Positions 24,422 to 26,862 of a stretch of DNA of 26,862 nt are shown piece after piece (position 1 is the first letter of the stretch; each line of letters starts with the position of its first letter). A program made the position numbers and the translations under genes. The notes beneath the pieces were generated by a model. That model saw nothing but the letters and a program-made list of their open reading frames with translations. It ran no database searches and was not told the origin of the DNA. Source of the stretch: a virus (Duplodnaviria > Caudoviricetes). The stretch covers positions 1 to 26,862 of IMG/VR virus record IMGVR_UViG_3300035338_000028; one strand, written 5' to 3'.

Positions 24422-24796
24422 ATGATAGATTTTAAGAGTTCAGCAGTATTCAAGCTTACACCAACAAAAAACGAAGACGGCTTTAAATTAGTAGAGCCTA
24501 TGTTAGTGGATGGCGAAAATGTTTTTGCATCGTTTAAAACAATTCGTGATATGGTAGTATTTACAAACAAAAGAGCAATCGCAATTAATGTCCAAGGAAT
24601 TACAGGAAAAAAGAAGGATTTTACTTCACTACCATATAGTAAAATTCAGGCTTTCTCTGTAGAAACAGCTGGCACATTAGATTTGGATTGCGAAATCGAA
24701 CTCTGGTTTAGCGGTTTAGGAAAAGTTAAATTCGAAATCGTAGGAAATTTTGATATACGTAGTTTCAATAAGCTTTTAAGCAACTATATTCTTTAA
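24422..24796 (+). CDS. Bacterial PH-domain protein
   Basis: RDMVVFTNKR...VQGITGKK...SLPYSKIQAFSVETAG..DLD.E.ELW signature. Confidence 0.88.
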   Translation: MIDFKSSAVFKLTPTKNEDGFKLVEPMLVDGENVFASFKTIRDMVVFTNKRAIAINVQGITGKKKDFTSLPYSKIQAFSVETAGTLDLDCEIELWFSGLGKVKFEIVGNFDIRSFNKLLSNYIL

Positions 24797-24798
24797 AA

Positions 24799-24901
24799 AT
24801 AAAAAATCCCCCACAGTACTGCGAATACTGTAAGGGAAAAGAAGAACGCTAACCTGCAATCCTCCTTAGAAAATATTACTTCATATGTTAATATTTGTCA
24901 A
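24799..24901 (-). ncRNA. Antisense sRNA cassette 2
   Basis: TTGACA-17-TAATAT (24873-24901); 31-nt hairpin 24807-24837 followed by a U run. Confidence 0.65.
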
Positions 24902-24916
24902 TTAAAGGAGGTACTA

Positions 24917-25651
24917 ATGACAACAAATCTTTTTGCACCAATTATTCTAACTTTAGTTTTAGGTTTATCCAGTTACGGAGAAGGATCTGATTACAATCCA
25001 AATTTCGGGGACATTATCGTTGAAACAGGACTTACCATACTCAAAACTCCAAATGCAGAAACGTCCCAAGAAACACTAAGTCCAAATAAAGTAGATACAC
25101 TTATTTCTGATCCACCCGAAAAAGTAGTATCCAATTACTTAAATGCATTAAAGGGCATAGATTTAGAAACTGCAAAGACCTTTGTTAGCAGAGAAGACGA
25201 CCAAATATTTACTGAAATCGAAGATGGAGAATTAGCTTATCAAATGCTTACTATCCTTGAAACACTATCCTTTAATATAATCTCTACTGAAGTAAATGAC
25301 TCCACCGCTACTGTTAAGGCCAAAGTTAAAAATATTGATATGGATCCTGTAATAGGAAATTTTATCAGTGAGTTTGTTTCCCTTTCTTTCTCAAATTTAG
25401 AAGAAGGAATAAATCCAGATGAGGAAACTTTGAAAACAAAGTATAAGGAAATATTCTCCAACGCCCTTGTAGCAAATAAGGATACAACAATTGAAACAGA
25501 AGTAGACATCCAATTAGTAAAAAGCAAAACAGGATGGGTAATTGTCCGTAGCGAAGAACTTGAAGATGGAATAACCGGTGGTCTTTTATCCATTCGAAAA
25601 GACCTTAAAAGCATTTTTGGGGCAGGCAACGAGGAAGAAAGTTCTTATTAA
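24917..25651 (+). CDS. Exported/membrane-anchored acidic protein (DUF4878/DUF5105-like)
   Basis: Hydrophobic N-terminus; PEKVVSNYLNALK...ATVKAKVKNID...LVKSKTGW pattern. Confidence 0.7.
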   Translation: MTTNLFAPIILTLVLGLSSYGEGSDYNPNFGDIIVETGLTILKTPNAETSQETLSPNKVDTLISDPPEKVVSNYLNALKGIDLETAKTFVSREDDQIFTEIEDGELAYQMLTILETLSFNIISTEVNDSTATVKAKVKNIDMDPVIGNFISEFVSLSFSNLEEGINPDEETLKTKYKEIFSNALVANKDTTIETEVDIQLVKSKTGWVIVRSEELEDGITGGLLSIRKDLKSIFGAGNEEESSY

Positions 25652-25658
25652 TTAAATT

Positions 25659-25765
25659 AAAGAAATCCCCCACTCCGCTACCAACGAAGTGAGGGACAAG
25701 CGGTCGCACCGTGGTACAACTGCCATGAACAAGCTAATTGTATCACAGGACCGCTTTATTTACCA
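25659..25765 (-). ncRNA. Antisense sRNA cassette 3 (opposite the integrase leader)
   Basis: TGGTAA-17-TACAAT with extended TG (25737-25765); 31-nt hairpin 25666-25696 followed by TTTCTTT. Confidence 0.6.
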
Positions 25766-25797
25766 TACCAAAATAAATAAAGGAGGTCTTATTTTTT

Positions 25798-26862
25798 ATG
25801 GCAACAGCTAAAAAATTGCCGTCCGGTTCCTGGACTTGCCGTGTGTATAGCCATACTGAAACCGTTGACGGAAAAGAAAAATCAGTCTACCAACGTTTTA
25901 CTGCTCCCACTAAAAAAGAAGCAGAATTTCGAGCTGCAGAATACGCCCTAAACAAAACCCGCAGAAGAAACCCTGCAAACTTGACCGTCAAAGAAGCGAT
26001 AAGTGGTTATATCGATGCAAAAAGAAATATTCTATCTCCATCCACAATTGTTGGTTATGTTTCTCTTGAAAAAAGAGCTTTCAGTGAGATAGATATTACT
26101 ATTGCAAAATTAAACAATGATATTCTCCAAAGATATTTCAATAAAATGTCTACGCAAGTTTCTCCTAAAACCCTTCGTAATATGTCCGGTTTGTTGAGTG
26201 CATCTATCTACTATTATGCACCGGACTTTGTTTATCGTGTTGCTCTACCGGCAAAACGATCATCAGAGATAGAAATACCTGAAGCCGACGAAATAAAAAT
26301 GCTAATGGATGCCGCAAAGGGATTTAGAATTTTACTCCCAGTCATGCTTGCATCCGGGATGGGCTTAAGGCGAAGTGAGATATCAGGATTAACCGTGGGA
26401 GATGTCAACAAGAAGAAAAAAACGCTTTCCATCAATTCGGCTGTCGTCCAGAGTGAAAACAAGGAATGGGTCACAAAGGGTACAAAAACAAATTCAGGAA
26501 AACGCACACTTTCTATACCTGAATATATTTATCCTACCATTCTGGATGCAACGAAAGACAAGAATAAAGAGGATAGCCTTACCGGTATGACTCCCTCTGC
26601 AATTTCCAGCGCATATAATAGGCTGCTTGAAAATTCAGGAGTAACAAGGTATAATTTTCATTCTTTAAGACACTACTATGCTTCTATGATGTTGGCCAAT
26701 AATGTGCCTAGTAAATATGCAGTAAGACGAATGGGACACGCCACCGATGATATGCTGAAAAGAGTATATCAGCACATCATGAGTGAAAAAGACATTGAAG
26801 TTACGGACGTTATAAATGAGTATCTAAATAATGCATTTGGAGGGGACAAAAGTTATCGCTAA
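25798..26862 (+). CDS. int: Tyrosine recombinase / phage integrase
   Basis: GLRRSE, TKT, FHSLRHY, MGH and VYQH catalytic motifs; N-terminal arm-binding domain. Confidence 0.96.
   Translation: MATAKKLPSGSWTCRVYSHTETVDGKEKSVYQRFTAPTKKEAEFRAAEYALNKTRRRNPANLTVKEAISGYIDAKRNILSPSTIVGYVSLEKRAFSEIDITIAKLNNDILQRYFNKMSTQVSPKTLRNMSGLLSASIYYYAPDFVYRVALPAKRSSEIEIPEADEIKMLMDAAKGFRILLPVMLASGMGLRRSEISGLTVGDVNKKKKTLSINSAVVQSENKEWVTKGTKTNSGKRTLSIPEYIYPTILDATKDKNKEDSLTGMTPSAISSAYNRLLENSGVTRYNFHSLRHYYASMMLANNVPSKYAVRRMGHATDDMLKRVYQHIMSEKDIEVTDVINEYLNNAFGGDKSYR

Larger units (their letters stand above)
1..26862. mobile_element. Temperate siphovirus-like prophage (partial: tail to integrase)
   Basis: Canonical module order: integrase, immunity, early/replication, HNH, terminase, portal, protease, capsid, head-tail, tail. 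Lysis genes and att sites are not in the window. Confidence 0.97.

Noticed and set aside
24299-25700. Repeated hairpins as a CRISPR array or attC-like integron sites
   Set aside because: They are separated by whole genes, no cas genes are present, and they lack attC GTTRRRY/RYYYAAC ends. G-U strand asymmetry points to RNA function.
26700-26862. att site or target tRNA
   Set aside because: The window ends at the integrase stop and no att core or tRNA is visible.
1-26862. Diversity-generating retroelement, retron, intron or invertible shufflon
   Set aside because: No reverse transcriptase, invertase, long TR/VR repeat pair or interrupted core gene was seen by eye.

Overview
The window is the right-hand part of an integrated temperate siphovirus-type prophage. 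The AT-rich sequence, GGAGG ribosome binding sites, sigma-A promoters and AbrB- and RecU-like genes suggest a Clostridia/Firmicutes host (inference). The minus strand carries, from right to left: cro and the early genes (HTH, AbrB-like, PC4/YdbC, an HUH rolling-circle Rep, PAPS-reductase family protein, RecU, late activator), a moron block, HNH/cos/terminase, portal, ClpP, major capsid protein, head-tail genes, major tail protein, tail chaperones, tape measure, Dit and the start of a BppU-like gene. The plus strand carries the lysogeny module (cI, ImmA-like protease, PH-domain protein, exported protein, tyrosine integrase). The unusual features are mostly RNA-level. (1) Three homologous counter-oriented promoter-plus-terminator small-RNA cassettes punctuate the lysogeny operon, with 12-bp covarying stems and 7-nt U-turn loops; two analogous cassettes lie in the early operon. 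(2) A probable -1 frameshift at the end of the capsid gene is followed by a large RNA structure. (3) A type I toxin-antitoxin locus missed by the ORF track sits inside the tail operon. (4) Replication appears to rely on a small HUH Rep with a candidate nick site. (5) Candidate accessory or defence morons are present: a SLATT-like protein with a proline-rich micropeptide, and tandem membrane/zinc-ribbon paralogs. All family assignments come from motif recognition by eye, not database searches.
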